Positions 13,189 through 25,285 of a stretch of 64,000 nucleotides of DNA are shown here, in pieces (position 1 is the first letter of the stretch; each line of letters begins with the position of its first letter). Below the pieces are notes generated by a model. The model worked only from the letters and a program-made list of their open reading frames with translations, was not told the origin of the DNA and did not search any database. The translations under genes were made by a program, and so were the position numbers. The stretch covers positions 852,558 to 916,557 of the forward strand of contig NMRA01000079.1 of assembly GCA_002633005.1 (NCBI GenBank), given 5' to 3'. Source of the DNA: Phoronis australis. Its lineage: Eukaryota; Animalia; Phoronida.

Positions 13189-14722
13189 CCCTTATCCTGC
13201 TAAGCTTCTTTGCAGACAACTTTAACATTGTGCTGAGCTAAGTAGGTCACCACTGCTGCTATGCACTGGGCTGTTAAAAAGGTCACTCAGATTACTGACC
13301 TGACATTTTTAAATCGGAAATTTGAAGGAGTAATGTCAACTTCACATAAAAATAGTCTACGCAAAAGTTGTTCAGAATTTAATGGGGATTTTTATTATAT
13401 ACATATCTTTACCATAGCTTTGCTGTCAATAATTCTATTAACTTTCAAACTGGACACCCTTTGTTTTTATCTGTTTTGCACATGAGAACATTATACATGT
13501 AGCTGACACGCACTCAAAAACCGTAATAAGCATTTTTAAAAGGGAATTCATGGGACTTGCATGTTTAATAAAGCAGATTTATTGTCTGTAACATCACATC
13601 TACAAACAAGAATGTACAGTATATAACATAGGGTCTACCTCTAGTTTGCACGATAACAAGTTTATGACTGGTGCAGTCGCTTACTAAAGTCTGTTTTGAA
13701 TTTCACCTTGGTGTGCAAATCTTGAAACACGGGTGGGGACACAAAACTATTCTTTGAAAAAGTCACAAAAATATCTAGTTCTGAATGAGTTCCATCATGT
13801 TTCAGAGGCTCTGTATTATGCCCGAAGGGCGTGAGCCAAGCATCGTCTAGGCCCGTCCAAGTTCAGCTTCAGGGACCGGTAACTCATCAAAAATCGCACT
13901 GAGATCCGAATCGATAGAATCTGCATTACTTGTGACTGTTGTATTAGTTTTCCTAGTCACTGTCACCGTCACTTTCGAGTGCCAATTCCAGCTCGTTTTC
14001 ACTATCTGAGTCCATCAACACTTCCTCAAGAAACTGGTCAACAGTCATCTTACCACGTTTGGCACCAGCCAAGATAAAACCTGCGTAAACTTTCAAATAT
14101 CTCGGCAACAACTCACCACAGCCATACGTTGTAAATCAGAAAAATGTACAGGAAACTATGATCTGTGGAATGCGCATGCTCACACATATATACAGCATAC
14201 GGGGCTTACACAATTTCTCAATGAAAAACACCAGTGTCCTGGGGNAATTGCACTGAGATCCGAATCGATAGAATCTGCATTATACTTGTGACTGTTGTAT
14301 TAGTTTTCCTAGTCACTGTCACCGTCACTTTCGAGTGCTAATTCCAGCTCGTTTTCACTATCTGAGTCCATCAACACTTCCTCAAGAAACTGGTCAACAG
14401 TCATCTTACCACGTTTGGCACCAGCCAAGATAAAACCTGCGTAAACTTTCAAATATCTCGGCAACAACTCACCACAGCCATACGTTGTAAATCAGAAAAA
14501 TGTACAGGAAACTACGATCTGTGGAATGCGCATGCTCACACATATAAACAGCATACGGGCTTACACAATTTCTCAATGAAAAACACCAGTGTCCTGGGGT
14601 GAGTACACCCTCCTTGCGCAGTCCAGTCGTAGCTTTTTATAGGCGATTGAGTACACCCGACGCATTTTAATAGGATAATTGGCTTCAGTTGTCGGCTGAC
14701 CTCACCTAGCGCAGGATAAGGG
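13189..14722. mobile_element. Non-autonomous TIR element (CCCTTATCCTGC...GCAGGATAAGGG; piggyBac-like ends)
   Basis: Perfect 12-bp TIR; absent from the paralogous intron at ~5985-6015; TTAA TSD not preserved. Confidence 0.6.
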
Positions 14723-15814
14723 TTGCCATAAACTGTGTACTTCATTGTCGATGTCATTCACACGCCTGCATGTGCCGAGTTGTGAAAACCGGAAGATTCT
14801 GAAAAGCCAAATCAAGCATAGAGGCCACAACCACTGTTGGATACTCAAGATAGCAAAATTTGAAAGATGGAATGAATTCATTTCTCTACAGTTGGCACTC
14901 TTCAAAGCACCCATGAACAAACTCTCGTGTTGGCAGGTGCATGAATCAGGCTATCCAGTCATTGTGCCAATGTGATGAGAAATGATTCTGCAGTTGAAGT
15001 CGATCGCGGCGTGTTGTGGTACACGCAAGGAGCAACGGGGAATATAAAAAAGGGTTTTCATAACTCGACTTCGTTTATTGCGCACTTGCATCGTTATTGC
15101 CGTTAAAATATCTATTGTTGTTCGGTTATCTGAAACAAAACAAAACCATACCCTTACAAAAATCAACTCAAGTTTTCATCCAAAAAGTTACTAGGTTTTG
15201 AATCACGAAAACTAAGTATTTTGATACACGTTTTTGACACAAAATTATGCGTTGTATCGTTACGGTAGTTGATTTGATTATTAAGGTTATCTGTAACAAA
15301 ACAAAACCCTATTAAGTGAGGTTGACCTAGGTAATCTCTTCACAATTCACCATCTAAATAATAATAACTATAATGCACTACAAAAAGCTAGCAGATTACA
15401 GAAACGATGCTATAAATTGTTCAACATTCTCTAACGGCACATTGACCCAGTCGCAGCAAACAACGCTATATATACAAACAATTAATTAGGTCAAATGTAC
15501 GCAATGTAAAGAGACACAATATCAGACAAGCCGTTCCGAGAGCAAGTGCATGTCCGACATACACGGGACGATAAGAGTATAAGACACACAAGCTAAACAC
15601 TAAATACCTAGCAGCAAGGTAATCCACAAATGAACCATCAACTGATAATCTTACAGCAATTGTCTCAGAAAGGTGGAGTCCATGCAGCAGTTCGACATAC
15701 ATGTATTACTGAGGATATTGAGATGGTAATGCACTCTCGCGCGAAAACTGTTTATCCCGGCACAATTCAACTTGAAGCACTATGATTGGCTGTAAATAAA
15801 CGAACATGCCTTTA

Positions 15815-16121
15815 CAGTGGGGGATTTAGGGGGGGGGGGGGGCAAGAGGGCCATGGCCCCCCTAAATTTCTACCAGATACCATTTGAGAGTTCCGGTGCG
15901 CGCAAGCAGGGGCTCGTCGAGGGTGAATAAACAACGCATAGGCCATGAACAAACTGAACAAACCCAGTTTACCGTTTCTTATTTTTTTAATCAAAAGGTC
16001 CGCAACCCCAAAAATTCGAGCACTCTGCTTCCTCACAGTTTAGGCTGGGCGCGCATCTTTCGAACTTCTGGTTATTTCCGTGCCCTTGCCCCCCTAAATC
16101 AAAATCCTGGATCCGCCCCTG
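15815..16121. mobile_element. MITE of the CAGTGGCGGAT family
   Basis: CAGTGGGGGATTTAGG...CCTGGATCCGCCCCTG; TSD CTTTA/CTTTT. Confidence 0.65.
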
Positions 16122-17069
16122 CTTTTGACTACGGTAAGCAAGAAGGACTATTACGAAATACTAAGAAAAATTATATACTTTAATGGTGGACTAAAATGAC
16201 CACCGGAGACAACTCCAGCTGGAACAACACTAATCGAAGGCACGAGTTCAGGGGTTCAAACCCCCCTCGGGACAGAATCAACAATACAAATTTAAAAATG
16301 TCGGCAGAAAAACGAAATCAGCTACTAAAAGCCAAACAAATCTTACACGGGAGGAGGGAAACCCCCTAACGACTTTCCCTCAACTCCGCACCTCGGATTC
16401 ACGCAAATCCTAACCCCCTCTTTACTGATAACGTATAGATCTGTCACTGTTAATGCATGGTCATTATCATCGCGTATTTGTAAATATATGAAGGTGATAA
16501 TTGAAAAGTTACCAATGTTTTTCATTTTGTTCTCATTTTTATACAACACAATTCAGTCCTTAAGTATCTGTGGAAAATTCCGAAACAAGAATGACCTCGA
16601 ATTTTAAAATTACCTCGTACTCACGCGTCAGAAAGAACATACAGAAATTTCTTTTGGTTTCTCAGGCCGCAAATACGGTGGTGTTTGAATTGATTGGACG
16701 AATTACATCAAGCGTGAGCCCTGCAGTTTATTACATTTTGTATAATACATCCATTTAAAATGAGTGAACATTCTGACAGGAAACAAAATAGTCCCTGGGG
16801 ATTGCAACTGGCTGTAGTACTGTATTTGTTTGATGAGTAAGTGGGATTACTTGAATGGAGTATTTCTAGGCAATTGTTCCCTTTGCCACTGACCAAACCT
16901 GGCAATGAAACTAAGAGGATTAAGCTCATTTTTGAACGACGTTGTCACTTTTTGCGCGCGTCCACACACATACAATTATTATATAAATGTATTTTTGTGT
17001 GACTGCCTAAAACCGCAAAATCTCTTGGTCTGTTTGCACCGATCTCTAGTCTACATGTATATACACTGT

Positions 17070-17111
17070 CACGACGTTTCGGTCGGTCTCTTCTCCGACC
17101 ATTGTCAGGTG
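17070..17111 (-). ncRNA. Second hammerhead motif, core-mutated (CTGACAA), perfect stem II
   Basis: Minus strand CAC-CTGACAA-T-GGTCGG-AGAAGAGA-CCGACC-GAAA-C-GTC-GTG. Confidence 0.55.
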
Positions 17112-17251
17112 TTCCCGCGTTCTTAGAAGAACGAGCACGGATACGTGGTACACTCATGGTGTGATTTCTTGTGTGACTTCTGAAACTGCAGATCATTAGA
17201 GTCCAGCACCTCAACCACTACAAAACAGAGTCATGCAATTAGAAATTGCAT

Positions 17252-17333
17252 GACTCCGTGGTGTAGTCGTTAAGGTGCTGGACTCGAATTATCTGTAGTT
17301 TCAGAGGTCGTGGGTTCAAATCCTGCCTCGCAC
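17252..17333 (+). mobile_element. tRNA-Ser-like Pol III head (SINE-like; not a functional tRNA)
   Basis: A box tggtgtagtcg; TTAAGGTGCTGGACTCGAA resembles tRNA-Ser(CGA); B box GGTTCAAATCC at 17313-17323; acceptor stem does not pair. Confidence 0.65.
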
Positions 17334-17392
17334 AAAAAATCACACCATGAGTGTACCACGTATCCATGCTCGTTCTTATAAGAACGTGGGAA

Positions 17393-17427
17393 CACCTGAC
17401 GATGGCCGGACCGACCGAAACGTCGTG
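17393..17427 (+). ncRNA. Minimal type I hammerhead ribozyme motif (Penelope/retrozyme-like)
   Basis: CAC-CTGACGA-T-GGCCG-GAC-CGACC-GAAA-C-GTC-GTG: conserved core, stem I CAC/GTG, palindromic ACGT stem III. Confidence 0.65.
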
Positions 17428-17856
17428 ACATTGTATATAGACTAGAGTTCGGTGTAAATAGACAAAGAGATTTAACAATAGTTGTATTTATGTGTGGTTG
17501 ATTATTGCCGCAATCTTTGATCGTGCGTCCAATCGTCGGGTCAAAGATATTTTTAAAAGAGGGGTCCAAGCCAACAATTTGAAAATTCTAGATTTGATAT
17601 CACACGAATCAAGGGAAAAATGTTTGATCTGGATCCCTTTGACCACCCCTTGGATCCGCCTGTGTCGTAACGTATTTCAACTACTTGTAGGATCATAATG
17701 AATTTTAGCAGGTAAATAAATCAAGCAAAAGTGCTAGTGTCAGTGTTAGCTTGATGAAAACTGACAATTGCGCTTTTCTATTTCTCAAAAAGTGTTCGCT
17801 TTGGTTTCACAATTTAAAAGTTAAAGCTCTGCTTAGGGTCTTCATTTTTATTTCAG

Positions 17857-18077
17857 CAATGATGGCGCACATGTCGCCATATTCGATATAAATACGCTTT
17901 GGGGTACCCACCTGGAACAAGAACTATTGTCCTAGGATAAGAAAGTGAAATTTTATACGGTTGACGTTAGCGACGAGGATCGTTGCGCTGAGAGCGTTCA
18001 AGCTGTTGCAGACGACAATGACGGCGTCGTGCATTTCCTGGTTAATTGCTGCGCTTACTTTGGTGGTGTGGTTACGC
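17857..18077 (+). pseudogene. SDR A exon 2 (contains premature TAG)
   Basis: tttcag acceptor, NDGAHVAIFDINTLWGTHLEQELLS*DKKVKFYTVDVSD...HFLVNCCAYFGG, gtgagt donor; 221 nt. Confidence 0.8.
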
Positions 18078-18389
18078 GTGAGTAATTATGGACGGTTGAG
18101 TGCCAAGTGAAGTAGGATTTTAAGCTTGACATACTTCGGCAGAACTTTGTCAGGCTCTGCTGAACTTGAAGCGAATTTTGCCAGTGTTATTTGGCAGTTT
18201 AGTCGAAAACTATGTTTGTGTGTCGATTTTAGTGTCATTTTTGTAAACTTAGTAGGATTTTCGTGTTATCCTAGACGACCGGAAGTGACACTTGGGGCCC
18301 GGATGATTTCCTGCCATAGTTTGTTATCATGTACCTTTTGTTTAATTCCTGTTGCGTCACTGTGTTCGTCACCTTGTCACAAGTCAGAC

Positions 18390-18630
18390 CAAAATGTGTT
18401 TTTCTCTGAGCCTGGAGGCTGCACTAGCATACCGTGCATGGTCAGGCCTCGAAGAATATCGGTGTTCTGCTTCACCGATTTCCAGTGGCCGACAGCATGA
18501 CAAGGTCTGTAGGAGTTGGTTCGTTCGTGTCAAGAAGGCAGCGTTGTACATTCTCTACCGCAGCTAATGAGCTAATGCGGTGCAAAACCAAAGTTTGTGT
18601 GCTGCAAAGGTTCTTAATCTAGAATTACGA
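18390..18630 (+). pseudogene. Degenerate THAP-like remnant
   Basis: Frameshifted PGGCTS...ISVFCF / KVCRSWFVRVKK / KTKVC pieces. Confidence 0.35.
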
Positions 18631-19181
18631 AAGGGTCATAAACGCAGAGATCATGGGATCTGTGTGTGAAGGTACTCTCCCGTCCTCAATGGAATACAAC
18701 CAATACAATGAATCGTCACACAACGTCACTTTCAGAGTAAACCATGTATTTAGTCGTTCATTAATATTATCGATTATTCAGAAGTATACGTCAGTATGAC
18801 TTTGTCTATAAGTTGTCATGAAAAGAATTTTACGCTAACGCAATTACCGGTCGAGGTCGGTCACCTCGACCGGTTTACTTACCTTTAAATCCGCCGCAAT
18901 CTTCAAAGAAGCCGTCCAGCTTCAGCTGATGTTGTTGTTCTGTGGAGATTAACTTGCTCTTGTTTATTAATGGTATGAAATCAATGGAATCAATGAGCAT
19001 GTGTTCATTTAGTGAACCAGGAAAACGTAGTTGAAAAATGACGCAATTTAGGAAAAATACATTGCTGTGAAACCTCTATACGCCCTTTAAAAAAGAGTGT
19101 GTCGCCAATCAATATTCTGCGACAGTTAAACAAACTTGAAAGGATGGTTTCATACATGATTATTCTTATCACACTTTGCAG

Positions 19182-19283
19182 CATTTTCACAGACAAGCAG
19201 CGACATCTGGTGGAAGACGTTACAAGTCAACGTTGTTGGTACTTCCAATATGACGAAAGCATGCCTTCCGTTTATGAAAACAG
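19182..19283 (+). CDS. SDR A exon 3 (FSQTSSDIWWKTLQVNVVGTSNMTKACLPFMKT)
   Basis: ttgcag acceptor, gtttgg donor, 102 nt, contains catalytic-tetrad Asn (VN); downstream of the premature stop. Confidence 0.7.
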
Positions 19284-20259
19284 GTTTGGTTGTAAGAGCT
19301 TAACATCCTAAAATACGGGTCTTTGGGGTGTGTTGGTTTCTTGTTCTATTTTACACCTGATTTTGGGTAGGAAATGAATTTGCTTTTCTGTGTATCCATA
19401 AATAGCTTGAAAACATACATGTACCTGCCGACGTGAAATCAAGGTAACTTGTTCGAACTGGACGAACGAACCATGGCGCTTGATTTATGAAATGATCGCC
19501 AAGAGCAGTCGGTTAAAGACCATACATGGCATGTGGACGCCGCAGCCGTATATACAATGTATGCAGCCATTCGATGGTTTGCGTGTTACCCAAGTGAGCT
19601 CCAGCTGTACACTAGGTGAAAGGTTCTATTGCCCGACTTTTCAAAGCAGGTTTGCGTCTCATACACGGTTAATACACTAACATATATAAATTATCCCATG
19701 CCATATTTTGTTGCTATGTGACATCGTACGTGTACGTATATGTGAGCGTAACCGCGCCAGCTGAGCGACAGGCTTTCTACAATTAAGTCGAGGTGTTCGG
19801 ATTATTAGCTAAATTTTAATTCAGTTTGTGAATATACAAGTTCAAACACTGACTCATTCAATGAAAATTTAAAGTTTTTCGGAAACTTAGAAACAATCCA
19901 TTCGGGAATATATTGAATTATTAACTGTTGTTCACCGGTTTGTCGTTTCAAAAAGCTTAAAATATTCATTTACGTTTTGACAAGTGACCACGTTGTTAGC
20001 ACCAGAACATTCCTTTACAGCATTGCATATCAAGTCAATGTCTCAAAAACGAAAACGCTGTAGAAAAGCGACTTTAATTGAACGTTTCTTAGCTCCTTAG
20101 ACATGAGTGTGACGCATGAACTCACCCAGTGCCAGACTGTCATGTCCACCAACAAGGCAAGTCTCTTGTACGAACTTGTGCCATATCCGCGCTTCTCCGA
20201 TGTACCACGGGAAAGCCTGAAGAGTTACGAACATGCAGTGCTTAAATACCGAGTTGTTA

Positions 20260-20759
20260 CAGCAGCGGATCTACGATATCACAAGGGGCGGGGGGGGCAA
20301 CATTTTATCTGTAAACATTTGCGCAAAGCACAATTGTGTATGCGCATAGCACCCAATGGGGAAGCTCGGTTTGCCCCCCTCCCGCCCAGGAAATGTTTCT
20401 GTTTTTCCTCTAAAAATCAAACATTTTCCTTGATTCCCGAAGTATTATTGAAGAAAAAAGGTAAAAACAAAAACTCGGAGAAAATGTCCAACAGGAAAAA
20501 CTGCAAGGACCACAGACTCGAACTCACGACTTACCGGATAGAGTTCGCGTGCTTTACGACTGCACCACCACGATTTATCTCCTAATTTAGTTACCAAGAG
20601 GCCTACTTGTTTATGGTTCACAGCGTTTGCATGCGAAACCTTCTTCTTTTTATAATGTATGTTACACTTTTTATATTTTGTGCAATCAGTTCGTAACAAA
20701 TTTGTTGTATTTAAAATAGTCTTCAATTGCCCCCTGCCCCCCCCCTAAATCCGCCTATG
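20260..20759 (+). mobile_element. MITE, same family, with tRNA-like cassette on - strand (20500-20576)
   Basis: CAGCAGCGGATCTACG...CTAAATCCGCCTATG; TSD TGTTA/TGCTA. Confidence 0.72.
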
Positions 20760-21671
20760 TGCTACAACCACCACAAACGCAACTCCTCAGCATTCTTTAT
20801 TACATCATAAACTGAGGGAAAACGAGCAGCGACATTTCACGACTATAACACTACACACGATGGAGAATGAATAATGTACGCAAAATCTATCGACCAATAA
20901 ATGCTCGTACATGTATCTCTAGATCAACAAACTACATATTATGGTCTAATGTCTTGGGTGAGAAAAACAGGCAGAAAAATCGAAGCTCATTGGAGGAGTA
21001 ACCTCCCAAGAATATAAATATTAACTTTAGAGAAGAAATCGAACGCTGGACAGCCTTGCGTGAGATGAGCTGAAAATTTTCAAAAAAGCCGAGCTTGCTC
21101 TGATATACATGTACAGACGGCTGGGTTTGCATTCTTCTCGCATCTGTTTTTAGAAAGCTTAAAGTATTTCTAGTGTCTGTTTATTTAAAAGATAAAATAC
21201 GCTGTTGAAATGATCTCACACAGTCTTCGTAATCATGTAGAACTCACAATGTTAAATCCCATTTGAAAAATTGATAACCTGATAATTATAAATGCTAGCC
21301 ACTTAGGCATTTTGTGTAACTTTTACCAGAAATTGTGTCGGTAAGTTCCGAGCACAGTGAGCTTGCTAGTCAGGCGGTTTCTTAAGATCACGTGGTTAAA
21401 CAGCTAAGGAAGGCAAAGGTCTCTGCCTTTGCAGATGTTTGCGGCAACAAGTTCAAAATGTAAACCTATTCATGTAAGGAAATCAATGTATTTTTGATGA
21501 ACAAGTTTTAAACACAACTGTTTAATTAAAGGTTGTTTGAGTGAAATTTGTATAATTCTTTTCAACTTTGTTCATTTTGTTCATCATGATTTATTATCAG
21601 TCATTATGTCACTTAATACATGTACATGGATGAGAGGTGATAACAAGTCTAAAGTATTTTTTGATTGACAG

Positions 21672-21859
21672 CTGGGAACGACACGTGTGTTGTAAACGTG
21701 AGTAGCGCTCGCGCCCATGTTGCTGGGCGCAACACCTCAGCGTACAGTACGTCGAAGGCCGCCGTCAATATGCTTACTAAATGCATGGCGCTTGACTTAT
21801 CTTCGAACGGTATACGAGTTAACGCAGTCAGTCCTGGCTCCGTCTGGACCCCAGCAATG
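21672..21859 (+). CDS. SDR A exon 4 (catalytic Ser and YxxxK)
   Basis: VVNVSSARAHVAGRNTSAYSTSKAAVNMLTKCMALDLSSNGIRVNAVSPGSVWTP; gacag/gtaagc boundaries; 188 nt. Confidence 0.75.
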
Positions 21860-22176
21860 GTAAGCTGCACTTTTTAGACGATACATTTAGATGGAAATTT
21901 TTTTCGACTACGTGAACGCCACCTTTCCTTAAGTAACGCGTTTAATTTTCGATGTATGCATCTCCGTGGTTTTACGTTCGATAATTATTTCTAGCGTCTT
22001 AAAATCGTGTCAGAAAAGACTTTTCAGTTATGGAGGTATATGTTTCACACTAGAAGCTTACCGTTTTTACACAGTAATGCAGGCGACTGTCGACACCGAG
22101 AGAATGTAGTAAGGGCTAGATGCTCTCCAAAATTGAATAATAAACATTCACGTAATAATTGGATGGATGCTTCCAG

Positions 22177-22389
22177 AGAGTTCATACCGATGAGCCACGT
22201 GGCGGTGACTTCGAAACGAAAGAAGTTGGAGGAAAACACCATATGAACGTAAAAGGGTTCATTGAAGCCGCGGGAATCGCATCTGTCATCGCTTTTCTCT
22301 GCAGCAAAGACGCCATGTACATAGATGGCGCTGACGTTCCGGTTGACTGTGGTTTCTCAGCGATGGGACCTGAAGCTCAAGGAAACTGA
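22177..22389 (+). CDS. SDR A exon 5
   Basis: ttccag acceptor; ...IASVIAFLCSKDAMYIDGADVPVDCGFSAMGPEAQGN*. Confidence 0.75.
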   Translation, partial: RVHTDEPRGGDFETKEVGGKHHMNVKGFIEAAGIASVIAFLCSKDAMYIDGADVPVDCGFSAMGPEAQGN

Positions 22390-25142
22390 CATACCTTTCC
22401 TGCTGATTACATGTCTGCGGATTGCAACATTCAAATATTTCTTTGAAAGATAACATCATTGTATTTTTCCATCGCAAAAGCTCTGTACATCAAAATATGT
22501 TGCAGTTGTCATTTTCACATTTACATTGTGTGTCATATACTATTAGTACTGCTTTATGCATCACTTACACATGTATGAACGCTATCGTACAATGGTTTTG
22601 CTTCTCTAGAGTTTCAGTTGTTTTCGATAATATTATATCGTGCTGTCCATAATATACACGCTGGGTCCACTCTTAAAGACGCAAGAAAGTCGTGCCATCT
22701 CACTCTGTACATTTAAACTCAGTCACAACTTGTTCACTACTCTAAGGATCTAATAGGTCGTTATAATGCCATTAAAGGGATATTATCGTTTCACTGACGA
22801 AAAAACGCACATTTGAGGCTACTGTATGATGGGATGACGTTTAGGGGTTATTAGCTGTGACCAGAGCTATAAAACAATCACACCTGTCACCGCGCTGTGC
22901 GGTAAGTTCTTGAAATGGATCACCAAACTGATGGTGTTCCCTGAACTGAACGAAAGAAATAACCACGTTGTGTTTTAATGAATCTGTGCGGTGGTCTGGC
23001 CATTTTATAAAGCTGCAAATCGACTAATCTAATTACCTGCACTACTCCAGTGTAGGCCCCGGCAGCATTCGTCCATGCAACCTCATGGAGTTCCAGTTCC
23101 ACAAAATCCATCTTTACGAAAGTTTTACGCGCACTATTGGGAATTAATCTCTTCCAGTGTTTGATTAGGCTGAGGTCATTAATTTATTTTAGCTTTTTAA
23201 AATAGGCTGGAATCGGTATTCTCCCTCTGATTATCGTTCGCAGAGACTGAGTTCACAGTCGCAGTTTCTTCTTCGCAGTGAGAAAAATGTTGCAAATGGT
23301 GTCCTTCATTCATAGACATTTCAAGACATTTGTCCTTTCCGTGAGACATAACAACACCACACCGCACAGCAGTGGGTAATTCCGGCATTACGAAAGCAGC
23401 TACTGTTATAAAAACGCTGTCCGTACGAGAAGGTTGAAACCTCCTGTCCGCATTACATGGGATCTGTAGGTGGCGCTGAACAACTGTTCACCAAAAGCCT
23501 GATCGCCGTCTGACGGATTATCGAACTTCAATAACGCGCGGCTATTTTGAAAGTCAGCCATTGAATCAAATCAATGTTAAGCTTGTGTGGGGAAATCTAT
23601 TGAAGCTAATAAAGTGGAAAAATAATCAGCAGTCAGTAACATGGAGTCCTTCGAATGCTGTCGCCAACTTCTAATTTCAGTGAATATTTCGCTGATTTTC
23701 AATAACCGTAACCCCAACTACATGTACTGTTCATGCTCGATCAGAAAAACATCGTGAAGGTTATATCTTTGGAGTTTCATGTTTTTTTATAAGTTAGATC
23801 TGACTTATGTTTGTCACTGTTATTGATTTGACAATTAAGATTCACCAACTCTAACAAAAGATTAGTGTTAAACACACGAGTGATGTAAAGAGTACCACTT
23901 TTCTGGGCTCTTGGATGGAAATGTAACAATCCCTATGCATGCATTAGCGCAAAATTAAAATGGCGTAACTGAGGCATTTTACTTAGTGATGAAAAACTGA
24001 TGTTTGCGTTTATACAGTGTAGGCCTATTTGTGTGAACGTATAGAACTTGTTTGAAAACGATACTAAGGCAGGGTAATGCTGACGGAAGCTTCATGAAAA
24101 CGCAAAGAGAAAGTTGCGGTTTGGAAATGAAAGTCGTTTCATAGCCCAGGTCCCAGACAGTTACAATAACAGCCCACCGCGACCTGCATGCGTTTGGGAA
24201 GGGCTACGCCAGCAGACGATTGCCAGTGAAAAACAAGCACTCGATAATAGGTCGCGAGAAAAATCTTGGGGTTTTCGGACATCCGCGTCCAGGACCACGG
24301 GGCTAGTCCGGCCGAGGCTTTGCCAACGAAATGAAACCGCACTCGCCCAGTAGCAAGAGTATTTTTACCACAGGCTTTTGGTTTCAGCGAGTGACTAGCA
24401 GGCAACTGCGAGAATTATCGATCGGCATGTAAATGTAATATATTGTCCTACGGGTTTCTAAGATTTTTAGCTCAAGAAGTCTTATTACGTCCCATTAACT
24501 AAGTGTTCTAAAAAGTCATTTGAGATCAGACGAGTCAGGTAAAATTGAATTTTATAGATTTGCATTTTTTACATTGACAGAATACCTGTAATACTTCACC
24601 GCGCCCTTAAGATACCCCGGCTTTGATGGCTGAGAGAGACGAGAGCATGCGGTTATATGGCAAATGATACTTGGGCGAATTGTTGTTTCTAGAACAGAAA
24701 TTTCAGATAACCCGATTACCGATTTTGGCCAAGGATTTACAGCCTAACTTAACTAAATTCGAGGCGACGATCTCACGAGCTATTTTGGTGCTATAGGAAC
24801 CCAGAAAGTTGGGGTGTGTAGTGTGAAACCATTGTAAACTCAAACGCGCGAAAAAATGGCGGACAATTTTTAACCCTCTAAATGTCACTTCCAGTGAAAG
24901 ATACTTTGTGTACTAGTAAATAAAACTAGGGGAAGCTGTTATTAACTGAAAGATATGGTTGGGATAAAATGACATGAAAAAGGTTGCCTTCTCACCGACG
25001 ACCACCTTGTTTTGTACACCTGGGCCACCGAGGAATAGGAAACACGTTTTTTTATCTGTGACCTTTATACCGGTATCTAGCAACAGACATACACGTACGA
25101 GACAACGTTGCCCTCGTTTTTTCGATTCGCCAATTTGTGAGC

Positions 25143-25285
25143 ATGGATGAACCAACCGAGTACAACATACGCTTCAGGCAGCCGGATTTGGATTCTTCTC
25201 TGACCAAGTCGCGATTTTGCAACAAAGTCGTTATTGTGACAGGGGGCGCTTCTGGTATAGGGCGAGCCACAGTGGAGAGATTTTG
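25143..25285 (+). CDS. SDR B exon 1
   Basis: MDEPTEYNIRFRQPDLDSSLTKSRFCNKVVIVTGGASGIGRATVERF; TG|gtaag. Confidence 0.9.

Larger units (their letters stand above)
16962..17497. repeat. Imperfect palindrome of two head-to-head tRNA-derived, hammerhead-bearing short elements
   Basis: Centre gcaatt-aga-aattgc at 17242; arms align as reverse complements over ~250 bp. Confidence 0.85.
5817..22389 (+). pseudogene. SDR paralog A (5-exon classical short-chain dehydrogenase/reductase), probable young pseudogene with in-frame TAG in exon 2
   Basis: Exons 5817-5959, 17857-18077, 19182-19283, 21672-21859, 22177-22389 have GT-AG boundaries and the same lengths and phases as paralog B. Motifs: TGGASGIG, IFDIN, VNVVG, NVSS, YSTSK, IRVNAVSPG, YIDGADVPVDCG. 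TAG at 17933-17935 where paralogs have CTG/CAG. Confidence 0.8.

Noticed and set aside
13894-14600. ~350-bp near-identical tandem duplication
   Set aside because: The two copies sit directly either side of the N at 14245; most likely unmerged contig overlap (assembly artefact).
17252-17333. Possible tRNA-Ser gene
   Set aside because: Acceptor and anticodon stems do not pair and there is no T-run terminator; it is the head of a repeat.
20103-20585. Longest ORF in the track (160 aa)
   Set aside because: Runs through a MITE and the antisense tRNA-like cassette; no recognisable domain.
21649-21870. Recurring minus-strand ORFs over SDR exon 4 (also 31057-31440, 52954-53265)
   Set aside because: Antisense shadows of the conserved SDR exon; no independent evidence of coding.
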